From positions 4,717,506 through 4,781,505 of the forward strand of contig OX638351.1 of assembly GCA_951813565.1 (NCBI GenBank): a stretch of DNA of 64,000 nucleotides, read 5' to 3'. The notes beneath the pieces are model-generated. The model had not been told where the DNA came from, made no database searches, and saw only the letters and a list, made by a program, of their open reading frames with translations. Origin of the DNA: an uncultured Poribacteria bacterium (lineage in GTDB: Bacteria > Poribacteria > WGA-4E > WGA-3G). Position numbers and translations under genes: made by a program. This document shows positions 21,719-31,249 of the stretch, in pieces; the stretch's first letter is position 1, and every line of letters begins with the position of its first letter.

Positions 21719-22594
21719 ATGAAAACCAGAGGAACACTTTTTGTTGCTGCTCTTTTGGTCATAAGTATTGCCGTTATTGGTTGCGGCAAGTTAGACCAAG
21801 AAGAGTTTGAAATGTGGAAAAACGAACATGTCACGCAGGTCGACCAATCTACTACAGAAATAAAAGCACAGGTTACGAAACTTGAAGGTAAGGTTGACCA
21901 AAATAATAAGGATACAATGGAGGCAATCTCTAAGGCAAAGGACGAAGCTATTGCCGTTTCACAGCAAGGGGATGCTGACACTATCGCTGTTGGAGAGCAA
22001 AAAGCCAAAGAAAATGACGCTAAACTTCGTGCAGCCTTGTCAAAAGATATTGAGATGCAAGGTAAAAAATCGATGGATTTTGCCAAAGCTGAAGATGCTA
22101 AGGTCCAAAAACGAGTTATGGATCTTGCCAATAGTCTGAATGCACAGGGCATGGATTTGAAGAAAGTCATGTCTCAAATTGCTGCTATGTTAGAAGATAT
22201 TGCCGAGCTTAAAGCGGATGCAGCATCAAAACCGACGCTTTTAGTTACCGTCAATTTCGGCAGTGGACAGACAGGTTTGTCCAGCAAGGCGAAAGAGATG
22301 CTTGATGGCATCGTTGGTCAGATTATGGAAAACCCGGAAGCTGAAATACTTGTCTCGGGACATGCAGATGGCACACCGGTATTACGGGGCGGTCATCGAA
22401 GCAATTGGGATCTGTCTCAAGCGCGAGCAAATTCTGTCGTTAAGTATCTAAAAGGCAAAGGCATTGACGCTGCAAGGATCAAGTCTGTTGGAAAAGCACA
22501 TACTGATCCGGTAGCGCCGCAGAACACCTCTGCTGGTAGAGCGATGAATCGGCGGGTAGAAGTAATTCTTAACCCTTCTGGCTCTATGATGTAA
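21719..22594 (+). CDS. Lipoprotein with coiled coil and C-terminal OmpA/MotB peptidoglycan-binding domain
   Basis: Lipobox VIGC; 'F.SG...LS', 'GHAD', 'NWDLSQARA.SV..YL', 'GR..NRRVE'. Confidence 0.9.
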   Translation: MKTRGTLFVAALLVISIAVIGCGKLDQEEFEMWKNEHVTQVDQSTTEIKAQVTKLEGKVDQNNKDTMEAISKAKDEAIAVSQQGDADTIAVGEQKAKENDAKLRAALSKDIEMQGKKSMDFAKAEDAKVQKRVMDLANSLNAQGMDLKKVMSQIAAMLEDIAELKADAASKPTLLVTVNFGSGQTGLSSKAKEMLDGIVGQIMENPEAEILVSGHADGTPVLRGGHRSNWDLSQARANSVVKYLKGKGIDAARIKSVGKAHTDPVAPQNTSAGRAMNRRVEVILNPSGSMM

Positions 22595-22637
22595 TTTTTT
22601 ATTCTTCGTATTCGCCCTCGATTTTCCATCCAGTGTC

Positions 22638-22676
22638 GTTAGGATGTCCTAATTTTGGGCATCCTACTCTTTTTTT
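22638..22676 (+). terminator. Intrinsic terminator
   Basis: TAGGATGTCC..GGGCATCCTA stem followed by T-tract. Confidence 0.7.
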
Positions 22677-22764
22677 ACGCTTTTGTACTTGTTTGTCTAT
22701 GTTTATCTATTTTGCTGAAAATTTAGATATTACCTCACCTTTTATAGCGTGGATGTCTTGAATA

Positions 22765-23481
22765 ATGCGTTATCTCGCCATAATCCTATTTTCCGTTTTC
22801 ATTATCTCAGGCATTTCACCTGCTGAGCCTTCCGTTGAGCAGGCATCACGACCACCTTCTATTTTAAACAGTTTTTTCAAACAACACCTACAAACTTCAT
22901 CACTGCAGTTTTCCGTCTTTTCTTACAAACCAGAATTAGGCGACCTGACTAATATTCTACAAAGTGTTGGAATACCCAAAACTCCGGTTGCTATGATGCC
23001 GACACTTTCAATTGTTCTACAGCACATGCCTGAATTGGACTCTCGGTTGGAAATTGGCTATTGGCGAACGCAACTTGACACTCCACCGCCTACTGCAACG
23101 TCCCTCACAGCCACGCTTATGCCTATCTCCTATCAGTTAATCTATCGTCCGGTACTTTTATACCGATATCTCCCAATTTATTTTGGTGGCGGTATCGGTT
23201 TTTTGAGGGCCAATTTTGATGGTAACATAGTTGATGTGCTTGCAGAACAAGGCATCTCACTTAATAATAGTGCTTCGGCGACAACAGGTTACGTTATTGC
23301 CGGTATTGAGTTGTTTCAATGGGAGTCGCAACCCGGCGCTCGTGCATCTATAGGAAATAACGCATCAATCAATTTTGAGTTAAAACGAATCCTCAAAACC
23401 ATTGAAACTACCGGCGATCAACCGTTTAATATTATTTTAGACGGAACTGCGATTGGAGTCGGAGTTAGAACGCAGTTTTAA
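22765..23481 (+). CDS. Exported protein, possible small outer-membrane beta-barrel
   Basis: Signal peptide; 'PIYFGGGIG', alternating beta-strands, C-terminal Phe (GVGVRTQF). Confidence 0.55.
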   Translation: MRYLAIILFSVFIISGISPAEPSVEQASRPPSILNSFFKQHLQTSSLQFSVFSYKPELGDLTNILQSVGIPKTPVAMMPTLSIVLQHMPELDSRLEIGYWRTQLDTPPPTATSLTATLMPISYQLIYRPVLLYRYLPIYFGGGIGFLRANFDGNIVDVLAEQGISLNNSASATTGYVIAGIELFQWESQPGARASIGNNASINFELKRILKTIETTGDQPFNIILDGTAIGVGVRTQF

Positions 23482-23484
23482 TCG

Positions 23485-24888
23485 TTGTTTCGGATGTTCC
23501 TGAAACCAGCAAAACACATCCTTCCGTTTCTAATCTGCATCGTGTTCGGGGTGATCCTCGGACGCCATTCAGAAACACCGCTTGCTGTTCTCTGCCTATT
23601 AGTTGCAACAGGATTATTTGTATTCTTCGGAATGGAATTAGCGGTGTATGTCCTGTTAATCTGCTTGCCTTTTTCCTTCCGTTATATTATTCCGCAACTC
23701 CTTGAAATTCAGACTCCAACCGAACCGCTGTTAGGCATGCTCAGTGCCGTTTATTTGTTAAAAAAGATTGTGGATTACGCGCTGGGAAAGCGGCAGCGCA
23801 CTCCTACCTTCCCATTTCTACTACCACTCTGTTCTTTTATATTCGTTACGTTCCTATCCGCGATCAATACCCCTGACCTATTTGGCACTCTAAAAGGTGC
23901 TTTTCGTGCTTCTACCTACATAATGTTCAGTTTGGTTGTGTATGATATAATCCAACATCGTCAGCGTTTGAATCGGTTATTTATAGCCTCCTTTCCGAGT
24001 GCAGCAATTGCTGTTATCTGGACGGTTATTGTGCTTCTGTATAATATTGATCAATGGCAGTGGACAAGTGCTTATCAGAGTTCCCCATTCACAAATTACT
24101 CAGTCTACGGTTCATTCACGGCGATCTTTTTCTTAATCTGTCTGAGTCGCTTGTTATTTGATAACCAACAATATGACCGTGTCATGTGGGTAGGGTGGTT
24201 TGTCTGTTTCGGATTGGGTCTAATTATGTGTTTTTCGAGGGGGGTATGGCTCTCTGTTATCGTTGCAGTTGGATTTATGTTAATACAATTGGGCAGAGGT
24301 GTTACGCACAAAAAGATTCTGTTTATTGGCGCTGCATGTCTTGTTTTATTAGTATGTTTAAGTCTGCCGGGGGTTTATAACTCGGTTATGGAACGAGTCT
24401 CATCAACAGTAGATTTAGACTATGCCTCCAACCGAGCACGTCTCTTGCGATGGGGACAAGCCATTACAATGTTCCTTGATAGCCCTATTTTGGGAAAAGG
24501 GTACGGCGCATTTGCCATGCTTTACGAGGAAGATGTTGCGCTTGTGGGTAGTTATGTAGCACAGTTTCAGTTGGGAGCACACAGTGAATACCTTCAGGTA
24601 ATGGCAGAATTAGGAATTGTCGGTTTAGGTGTGTGGATATGGCTGAATTTTGCTTTCTTACGCTACGGCTTCCGTGCCCTTACACGAATTGAGGATGGTT
24701 TTTACCGATCTGTTGTCATTGGATTGATGGCAGCTGAAATTTCGTTGATGGTGCATTTCATAGTAAATAACCTGCTGAACGGTGATGCTATCGGGGTGCC
24801 ATTTTGGGGCATTTACGGTTTGTTGCCGGCTGTTGTGCAAATAGCGGAACGGGTAAAGGAAAGTACACTACGAGAAAACGAAAATTGA
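23485..24888 (+). CDS. O-antigen ligase/polymerase (Wzy_C) family membrane protein
   Basis: About 12 TM segments; 'FSRGVWL', 'SNRAR..W..A..MF..SPILG.G.G.F', 'AHSEYLQ..AELGIVG'. Confidence 0.88.
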   Translation: MFRMFLKPAKHILPFLICIVFGVILGRHSETPLAVLCLLVATGLFVFFGMELAVYVLLICLPFSFRYIIPQLLEIQTPTEPLLGMLSAVYLLKKIVDYALGKRQRTPTFPFLLPLCSFIFVTFLSAINTPDLFGTLKGAFRASTYIMFSLVVYDIIQHRQRLNRLFIASFPSAAIAVIWTVIVLLYNIDQWQWTSAYQSSPFTNYSVYGSFTAIFFLICLSRLLFDNQQYDRVMWVGWFVCFGLGLIMCFSRGVWLSVIVAVGFMLIQLGRGVTHKKILFIGAACLVLLVCLSLPGVYNSVMERVSSTVDLDYASNRARLLRWGQAITMFLDSPILGKGYGAFAMLYEEDVALVGSYVAQFQLGAHSEYLQVMAELGIVGLGVWIWLNFAFLRYGFRALTRIEDGFYRSVVIGLMAAEISLMVHFIVNNLLNGDAIGVPFWGIYGLLPAVVQIAERVKESTLRENEN

Positions 24889-24899
24889 GTATAATCTAT

Positions 24900-25877
24900 G
24901 AAGTCATATTGAGTAAAACCTATAAATATAGTAAAATAAAGGTATATAAGTTAATAATGTAAGTCCTATTTTTTTGAGAGGTTCTCTTATGGCTGACACA
25001 ACTGAAAAACAACTGAATTCCAATTGTCTTCCGAAACAGGTTTCGCTTAGGGATTTTAACCGGTATATTAAACCCTTTTTGTCTAAAAGGCATAAAGGAC
25101 CGAAACCTAAAATATCTTCGTATAAGATATTTAATTATATCCTTTATGTTTTGCATACTGGCATTCAATGGGAGCGGCTCCGCACCCGGCGGAATGAACT
25201 CCATTGGTCTAATGTCTATAAATGGCATAATAGATGGTCAAAAGATGGTTCTTATCAAAAACTTTTTGAAGCATCAGTGATACATCTGCTTGATACCGAT
25301 CAACTTGACACCTCTCAACTTCATGGAGATGGGTCAAATACCGTCGTAAAAAAAGGGGCGATGGCATCGGTTATTCGGGACACAAACATCAGAAAGGTGA
25401 AAAAGAGTTGACCATCACCGACAATCACGGGTTCATCGTTAGTCCGATAACCACCAAACCGGTTAACCAACATGAGACAACGATTTTGCCCGAGGCATTG
25501 ACTGAATTCATCTCCTTCAGCAATCGCATTGGACTGGAACTTGAGAGTTCCGCTCTAACGCTGGATTCTGGTTTTGATTCCAAGGTGAATCACAAGATTA
25601 TCAAAGAACAAGGTCTGATCCCAGTGATCTATCCGAACAAACGGAATACTAAAGAACCTATCGTTATTGCTCGCAAGTTCCGTTGGTTTAAGAAAGATAT
25701 CTACAAAGAGAGATTTAAAGTAGAACGCACATTCGGTTGGCAAGGGACTTATCGGAAACTCGCCCTTAGCTACGATAAACTTAAAGAAACCCGTTTAGGT
25801 TTTCGCTATTTAGCATATTCAATGATAAACTTTCGAGTGACTTTCAACGATTCTTAGCGCGTACTCGCTATGAGTTC
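24900..25877 (+). mobile_element. IS5-family insertion sequence
   Basis: Two-ORF DDE transposase; imperfect IRs GAAGTCATATTGAGTA / TACTCGCTATGAGTTC; possible TAT duplication; ends approximate. Confidence 0.75.
24974..25857 (+). CDS. IS5-family transposase, ORFA+ORFB joined by predicted -1 frameshift at A7G (25348-25355)
   Basis: ORFA 'IFNYILYVLHTGIQW..L...WSNVYKWHNRWSKDG..DGS'; the -1 frame continues GDGIGYSGHKHQKGEK..DSGFDS..RFKVERTFGW. Confidence 0.85.
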
Positions 25878-26037
25878 TATAGTAAAACCTATAATTAATG
25901 GGATACTTCTGTAGCGCAAACTTTTAGTTTGCGTCTCATAAGGCACAAACTAAAAGTTTGTGCTACAGCTTCTATTGTCCATTATCTTTCCAAGATAAGT
26001 TTATCAAAGTGTCCCAATAATTTCAAAGTTCACTATA
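25878..26037. repeat. MITE-like element (TATAGT.AA / TTCACTATA ends), 160 bp
   Basis: Near-identical second copy at 53408-53846, which is interrupted. Confidence 0.8.
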
Positions 26038-26346
26038 AATGGGATTAGTAGTTTATGACTTGTTAAACGCGTTGTGCCAGTTAACATTTGGTATATTTAT
26101 ATTTCACATGTTCCTTTTGTTTGGGTTTGCATTCCGCAACTTTTCCGATAGCTGCTGTCCTCAAGGTAGGAGGGAACTCCGATTCCCGACTGCAAACGTG
26201 TCGCGATTCGGAGATCGCTCCCGCCAAATGCCAAAAGCGTATTTGGCGTTGATTCCAAAATATGAACAATTGTGAAAAATAACAAAACTTTCACTTAACT
26301 GGCACAAGTCGTTTGTTAAATAAAAGTGCTGAAGTCAAATTTGTTT

Positions 26347-26460
26347 TATAGTAAAATCCACAATTACCTGGACATTGGCGAGGTTAGGATACCTCGCCAG
26401 CGCAAGCGTGTGGAGATTGTTGTTGATTGAAATGTGAACATATTTTCGGATTTTACAATA
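26347..26460. repeat. 114-bp MITE-like element with GGCGAGGT..ACCTCGCC hairpin
   Basis: Near-identical copy at 48631-48744. Confidence 0.85.
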
Positions 26461-26492
26461 ACTTCAGAACTTTTTAGGTTTTGATACGGCAA

Positions 26493-27326
26493 TTAGTCGG
26501 TATTAATCGTTTCGTTTTTATTAACCTCGTTTTTATACGATGCCTCAATATCCCTGCTGACCTTTTCAAAATCTATGCTCGGATCTCTACGTGCCTCTTC
26601 CAGTATAAACTTTTCAAATTCAGCAGATCGTTTCGGGTCAAACTTTCTTAGGTTTCTGAATGCGTCCGCATGATTAGAATTACCCTCAAAAAATCTTTGC
26701 ACATCTAAAAATCTTGAATCTTCCTGTGTAGGCTCATAATATCTTTGCAATGTTTCCAAATCATTATTCACAATTGCATTCAGAATTTCCATAGACTTTT
26801 TAGTCGCGGGGTGAGGAAATATCGCATACACAGCTTTTGCGAACTCTGCCTTATACTCCACATTACCAGGATTTGAAACAACCTTTAACCACGTCTCCAT
26901 ATAGTTTTCAACTTCGGTTGTTTCTCCATATTGTTTCACCATTTCATTTCTAAGTGCATCATAAGACGCTGGGTCGGTTATATCCACCTGATTTGTCTCA
27001 ATTTCATCTCCTGGCAGGTCATCTGTGAATTCAAAATCTTTCCGTGGATCGCTAAATTGTTTGGCTAATTCCTCAAGTGTGGGTTCTTTCAGCCAATCTT
27101 GTTTTTCTGTATTCGATTTTTCTTGCGTAGTGTCAGCCAATTTTTCTTGTTGTGCAGTTTTATCGGGTAACTGATTATTGGGTTTATCGGTTTTCGCGGT
27201 TTCTTTTGAAACCTGTGCATTATCTGAAACAGTTTCAGGTTTAGGACTGGGTGACACAAGATAAATTATAAGACAAGCCGCAATAACAAGGCATATCATA
27301 CCTATCAGTAGTGTATTTCCTTTCAT
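26493..27326 (-). CDS. Hypothetical N-terminally membrane-anchored/exported protein
   Basis: MKGNTLLIGMICLVIAACLIIYLV anchor, low-complexity linker, helical C-terminus; RBS GGAG before ATG 27326. Confidence 0.75.
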   Translation of the reverse strand: MKGNTLLIGMICLVIAACLIIYLVSPSPKPETVSDNAQVSKETAKTDKPNNQLPDKTAQQEKLADTTQEKSNTEKQDWLKEPTLEELAKQFSDPRKDFEFTDDLPGDEIETNQVDITDPASYDALRNEMVKQYGETTEVENYMETWLKVVSNPGNVEYKAEFAKAVYAIFPHPATKKSMEILNAIVNNDLETLQRYYEPTQEDSRFLDVQRFFEGNSNHADAFRNLRKFDPKRSAEFEKFILEEARRDPSIDFEKVSRDIEASYKNEVNKNETINTD

Positions 27327-27390
27327 TTTCTCAAATCTCCGTTTGTTTATGTGTCTGTTATTACACACCAGACGCATAAATTTGTTGCAT

Positions 27391-27697
27391 CTATTCAAAA
27401 GCTGGATTACATTGTGAGCAGCTTAAAACCCATTCATGCACAGGGTCATGATACACATATACCCATTTAGCACGGTGAGGGTGTTTACCGAACTTTCTGT
27501 GCCACCACCCTTCAACATCTGTTCTCCTAGAGATAGGCTCCAGTGTATGCATACGATATTAGTTTCAAGCTCACTGCATTTATACCAGCCCCAGTCTATT
27601 ATAATCTTGGTAGGTCCCGCATCAGCATTATGCGCGATGAAAAAACAAAACCTACAGACACAAATAGAACTAATGCCATAAATGCGATGGCAGATTG
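27391..27697 (-). pseudogene. Putative degraded small secreted Cys/His-rich protein gene (start lost, two frameshifts)
   Basis: Stitching three frames gives ..AIAFMALVLFVSVGFV/FFIAHNADAGPTKIIIDWGWYKCSELETNIVC/HTLEPISRRTDVEGWWHRKFGKHPHRAKWVYVYHDPVHEWVLSCSQCNPAFE*. Confidence 0.5.
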
Positions 27698-28000
27698 ATT
27701 TGACTTCCCTGCAACAACAAGTTAAGCTAATGAAATTCGTGAAACAAATTTATTCCCTCCTGCCTTGCCCAATGCGTAGGCAGGATAGGAATGCTGCGGT
27801 TACGACTTACACAAAATACTTGAAATGGACACTCCAAATTAGTGTAAATCGCTCCTTATACCAAATTAACAAGATTTATCTTGTTTTATTGGAGTCAGGT
27901 GCGGTTAGGAAACCGCATCTACCAGGGAGTGTGCACATATTTTTGGATTTAACTATAATTATACTTGCACGCTAATGTACTGAAGGGTTAGGTGGCAAAA

Positions 28001-29617
28001 CTACTTTTGGTCGTCTTCTGATGGTGGTTGTGGTGCATTAGTTGGAGGTTGACGACCATCTTTCGGAACAAAACGCCCATTTTTTGACGAAGGGACAGGT
28101 CGTTTACCGAAGATGTTTTCAAGCTGTTTGGCAAGTTCGGCGTCCTTCTCAGCAAGTCTGCGGAATCCTTCCTCGGGACCATATTCTTGTAAGAGTTTCT
28201 CGGCATTTTCAAAACGTGCTGGGCTAAACTGTTCTTGGATTGTTTTTTCAATGCTTTCATCCGTAAAGATTCCCGGTAGTGAAGACATAAACCTTTTCTG
28301 GAATTCTGTCTCTAATTCAGCATCACTCATGTTTGCCAATCTTTCAAAATCCCGGAGTGCTCTATCAAAATCTTCCCATTCAGCCTCGGCTGCTGCCCGT
28401 TCTGCTTCTACCGCCTCTCGTGCCAATGTCGCGCGGTCTGGTGGCAAGGGGCCTTCAATAGTATCGGGTTGTTGTGTCCATGTGCCTTTCCATCCACGTG
28501 AGCGGAGGTCTTCTTCAAAACCTTCTGGGAGTGTTACGCCCTCTGGCGGCATCCAATCTTTCGGTGGGAGTTCCCAGCTACGTACCATCTCGCGGGTAAC
28601 ATGTGGAGGCTTTTCAGAAAGTACGTTGTAATCCTCATCAAGATAGATGACTTCCCACCCTTCAGGGTGTTCGCCTCGATAGATGAGATCAAACCGTTGT
28701 TTTGTTGTCATCATCTCTCCCCACATGTCCACGCCGGGGATGCCATCCTCGAAACTTCTGTGCACGTACAAGCGGTTCCGCTTTCCTGGAAGAAACACAT
28801 CCGGGGCATCATCAAAAAATAACCCGCCACTTACATCAGGGTCCGCTGCCTCGGCATTATCTACCTGTTGACTTTCCCAGACCTTCCGCTCAATATACGC
28901 ACGCTTATAATCCTCAAAATTGTCTTGTGGTAGCACTCCCCGTCGCCCTGATGCCCACTCCTCGGGGTTGTCTTCCGCACGCACGAGGTGGTAGCGTATA
29001 TCCATCATACGCGGATAATGCGCTTCTGTTGTGATAGTAACACCCATATCCAGGAGTTCTTGTATCCATTCGGCGCGTGGATATTTTGCCTCCACGGTGG
29101 CATCACTCGGATAGAACCGGTTATACCATGTATCGTACGTCTCCATGATCGCCTCGGGTGTCTGTGGTCCTTTATGAGGTAGCGAACCTTTTCTGGTAGT
29201 CCACGGTCCATGCTTTATTTTTGACGGATCTGGAGGACCTCCAAGGTTATGCGGCATAATCCTTTCAGCAAGTGCCATCGTCTGTAAGTATAGTTGTTTA
29301 CGGATTGAGGCTATTTGTGCTTCGCTAACAGGTTTAAATTCAGTCTCTGTCAAATAATCTTTTAAGAGAAATTCAGTTTCTCTCTCAATCCACTTTTCCC
29401 ATCGGGAATCAAATTTCCCTTGAACTACCAGTTCTTTTTTGTCAACTTGTAATGTGCTTTCACTATCTTCACTGTAGTGCTCAGATTCGTTTACACGGTC
29501 AACAATATTTATACGATCAGACACTATTTCTCTATTAGTGCCTTTAAAGATAAACAGAACAACGATAATTAACAAAATTAAGAACGGAATTGAGACGTAT
29601 AATTTTTTAAGTGTCAT
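28001..29617 (-). CDS. Hypothetical N-terminally anchored exported protein
   Basis: 538-aa ORF with N-terminal TM segment; C-terminal 'LLQEYGPEEGFRRLAEKDAELAKQLE' and Pro-rich tail. Confidence 0.8.
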   Translation of the reverse strand: MTLKKLYVSIPFLILLIIVVLFIFKGTNREIVSDRINIVDRVNESEHYSEDSESTLQVDKKELVVQGKFDSRWEKWIERETEFLLKDYLTETEFKPVSEAQIASIRKQLYLQTMALAERIMPHNLGGPPDPSKIKHGPWTTRKGSLPHKGPQTPEAIMETYDTWYNRFYPSDATVEAKYPRAEWIQELLDMGVTITTEAHYPRMMDIRYHLVRAEDNPEEWASGRRGVLPQDNFEDYKRAYIERKVWESQQVDNAEAADPDVSGGLFFDDAPDVFLPGKRNRLYVHRSFEDGIPGVDMWGEMMTTKQRFDLIYRGEHPEGWEVIYLDEDYNVLSEKPPHVTREMVRSWELPPKDWMPPEGVTLPEGFEEDLRSRGWKGTWTQQPDTIEGPLPPDRATLAREAVEAERAAAEAEWEDFDRALRDFERLANMSDAELETEFQKRFMSSLPGIFTDESIEKTIQEQFSPARFENAEKLLQEYGPEEGFRRLAEKDAELAKQLENIFGKRPVPSSKNGRFVPKDGRQPPTNAPQPPSEDDQK

Positions 29618-29658
29618 TGTATATATCCTTGTATTTGAAAACGGAACGTGATATGTGA

Positions 29659-29690
29659 ACTGCGTGGCAGTTTAGAACTTACCACGCAGT
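29659..29690 (-). terminator. Stem-loop between small secreted gene and partner gene
   Basis: ACTGCGTGG..CCACGCAGT inverted repeat. Confidence 0.5.
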
Positions 29691-29703
29691 AATAGCACCT
29701 TGC

Positions 29704-30264
29704 TTACTGAGTATACCGATAACTTGCAGAATCAGTAAAAGATGACCAAGGCCCGAAGTTGCCGCAAACACCAGAGTCTTTTGCGTCATACATGCCGCCG
29801 CCCTTGTATTTACTTCTACCCTGTGTATCTGGTGTTCTCGTTTTCACTGTAGTCTCTTTGGTTGTAATTGTGCCATCTTCGTTTGTTATTTCTATCTCAA
29901 AAGTTTCTACTGTAACTGTAAGTTTTGCGTAAATTGCGCCTGCGTCAGTATCTGGTGATGCATCATTGCCGCTATAGATTGTAACATACGCAGAAGCTTC
30001 ACCACTTAAGTTCACTGGAATTCCACTTTCTGTGGCTGCTTCCATAATTGAAGCAGCATTGACAATACCGGGTGATGCCGAGGCGTTTGCCCCAGATTCA
30101 GTTGCATCAGCGGAAACGCTAAAACTCCAACCTTCGTCGTAGTTTGTATCAGAAAAAGAACCAATTGATATGTTGCCATCTTGACCATGTGTTTGCAAAA
30201 TAACGCCGCCAATGGCAAAAAGCGTGGTAAGGAACAGCGTGATTACAACAACTTTCTTATTCAT
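29704..30264 (-). CDS. Small secreted hypothetical protein (Ser/Thr/Ala/Gly-rich)
   Basis: Signal peptide MNKKVVVITLFLTTLFAIGGVILQTHG; RBS AAGGAG. Confidence 0.8.
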   Translation of the reverse strand: MNKKVVVITLFLTTLFAIGGVILQTHGQDGNISIGSFSDTNYDEGWSFSVSADATESGANASASPGIVNAASIMEAATESGIPVNLSGEASAYVTIYSGNDASPDTDAGAIYAKLTVTVETFEIEITNEDGTITTKETTVKTRTPDTQGRSKYKGGGMYDAKDSGVCGNFGPWSSFTDSASYRYTQ

Positions 30265-30463
30265 CTGAAAATCTCCTTTAATTTTGACTTCCTTGCAATA
30301 GCAAGTGAACTATAGTAAATGGAGAAATCTAACCTGCAAACACCCATTGCTACAATCTGATGGTAGTGCAAGTTAGTATATATTCTCCTATTGTATTCGT
30401 CAAACAAAATTAATCTCCTCCTGCCTCCTACAGGCGGAGGCAGGAATGCTACAGTGTAAACAT

Positions 30464-30587
30464 AAAAAGCCCGCGACGAGATGTTCTGTCCGAAACAAAA
30501 CGCGCAGGCGCGAAAATATCGCAGATTTTAAATCCTGCGATACGACCTTGTGATATCCAATAATTAACGATTGTGAAATGGGGGGGG
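30464..30587 (-). ncRNA. Candidate cis-regulatory leader/attenuator, copy 1 (C8 tract, hairpin, terminator-like hairpin)
   Basis: Homologous to 50811-50947 with conserved pairing; lies inside leader ORF 30400-30714. Confidence 0.65.
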
Positions 30588-30958
30588 TAAACACTGTGAA
30601 CTGAGAATAAACACCGAACCAGAGCGCAGCATCAATAGCCAAACTTTGCTCAGGTCGCTGCATCTGGCACAACTGCTTTTTGAATTGTAGTGGTGTTCGC
30701 TGTCGGTTTCTCATTTCCAGTCCCTTTGTAGAAATGCAAAATAAACTAACGATGGTAGAATTTTCTCGGTTTAAGATTATGCTTACAAAAATCCAACTTG
30801 AATAACAAACAATCCCAACTTTTTGGAATTCGTAAAATTTTTAGGGATTTATACAATCTCCAATCAATATTGGACACACATATTTAATTCTTGTCAAATT
30901 ATTTTTATGATTATGCACGTAAAAACGAAATTTTTTTCAAGCTTTTCTTCAGATTTAT

Positions 30959-31118
30959 CAGGGTTATTTAGTTTTCGGATTTTCTGGCATTTTTTTATCA
31001 CGAACGTTAATATGTTATAGTAGTATTATAGGTCGAGTTTCGCTTGCGAAACCCGACCTACGAAATAAACTTTTTGTGATATTGATCAACTGACATTTCT
31101 TAAAACTAAATAGCCCTG
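30959..31118. mobile_element. 160-bp MITE with CAGGG-type ends and 9-bp target duplication
   Basis: IR CAGGGTTATTTAGTTTT / AAAACTAAATAGCCCTG; CAGATTTAT at 30950-30958 and 31119-31127. Confidence 0.85.
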
Positions 31119-31249
31119 CAGATTTATTTTAAATTAACACAAAATTAAGGAACACAAGAGCCATGTGAGCAAAATTACGCCACACGAAAACGAAAATACG
31201 GTATAATCTAACCATTAGATATAGGTTTTATTATAGATTGAGGAAGATT

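Noticed and set aside
30869..30897. Sigma70 promoter for leader copy 1
   Set aside because: Perfect TTGACA but only TCCAAT at 17 bp; too weak to call
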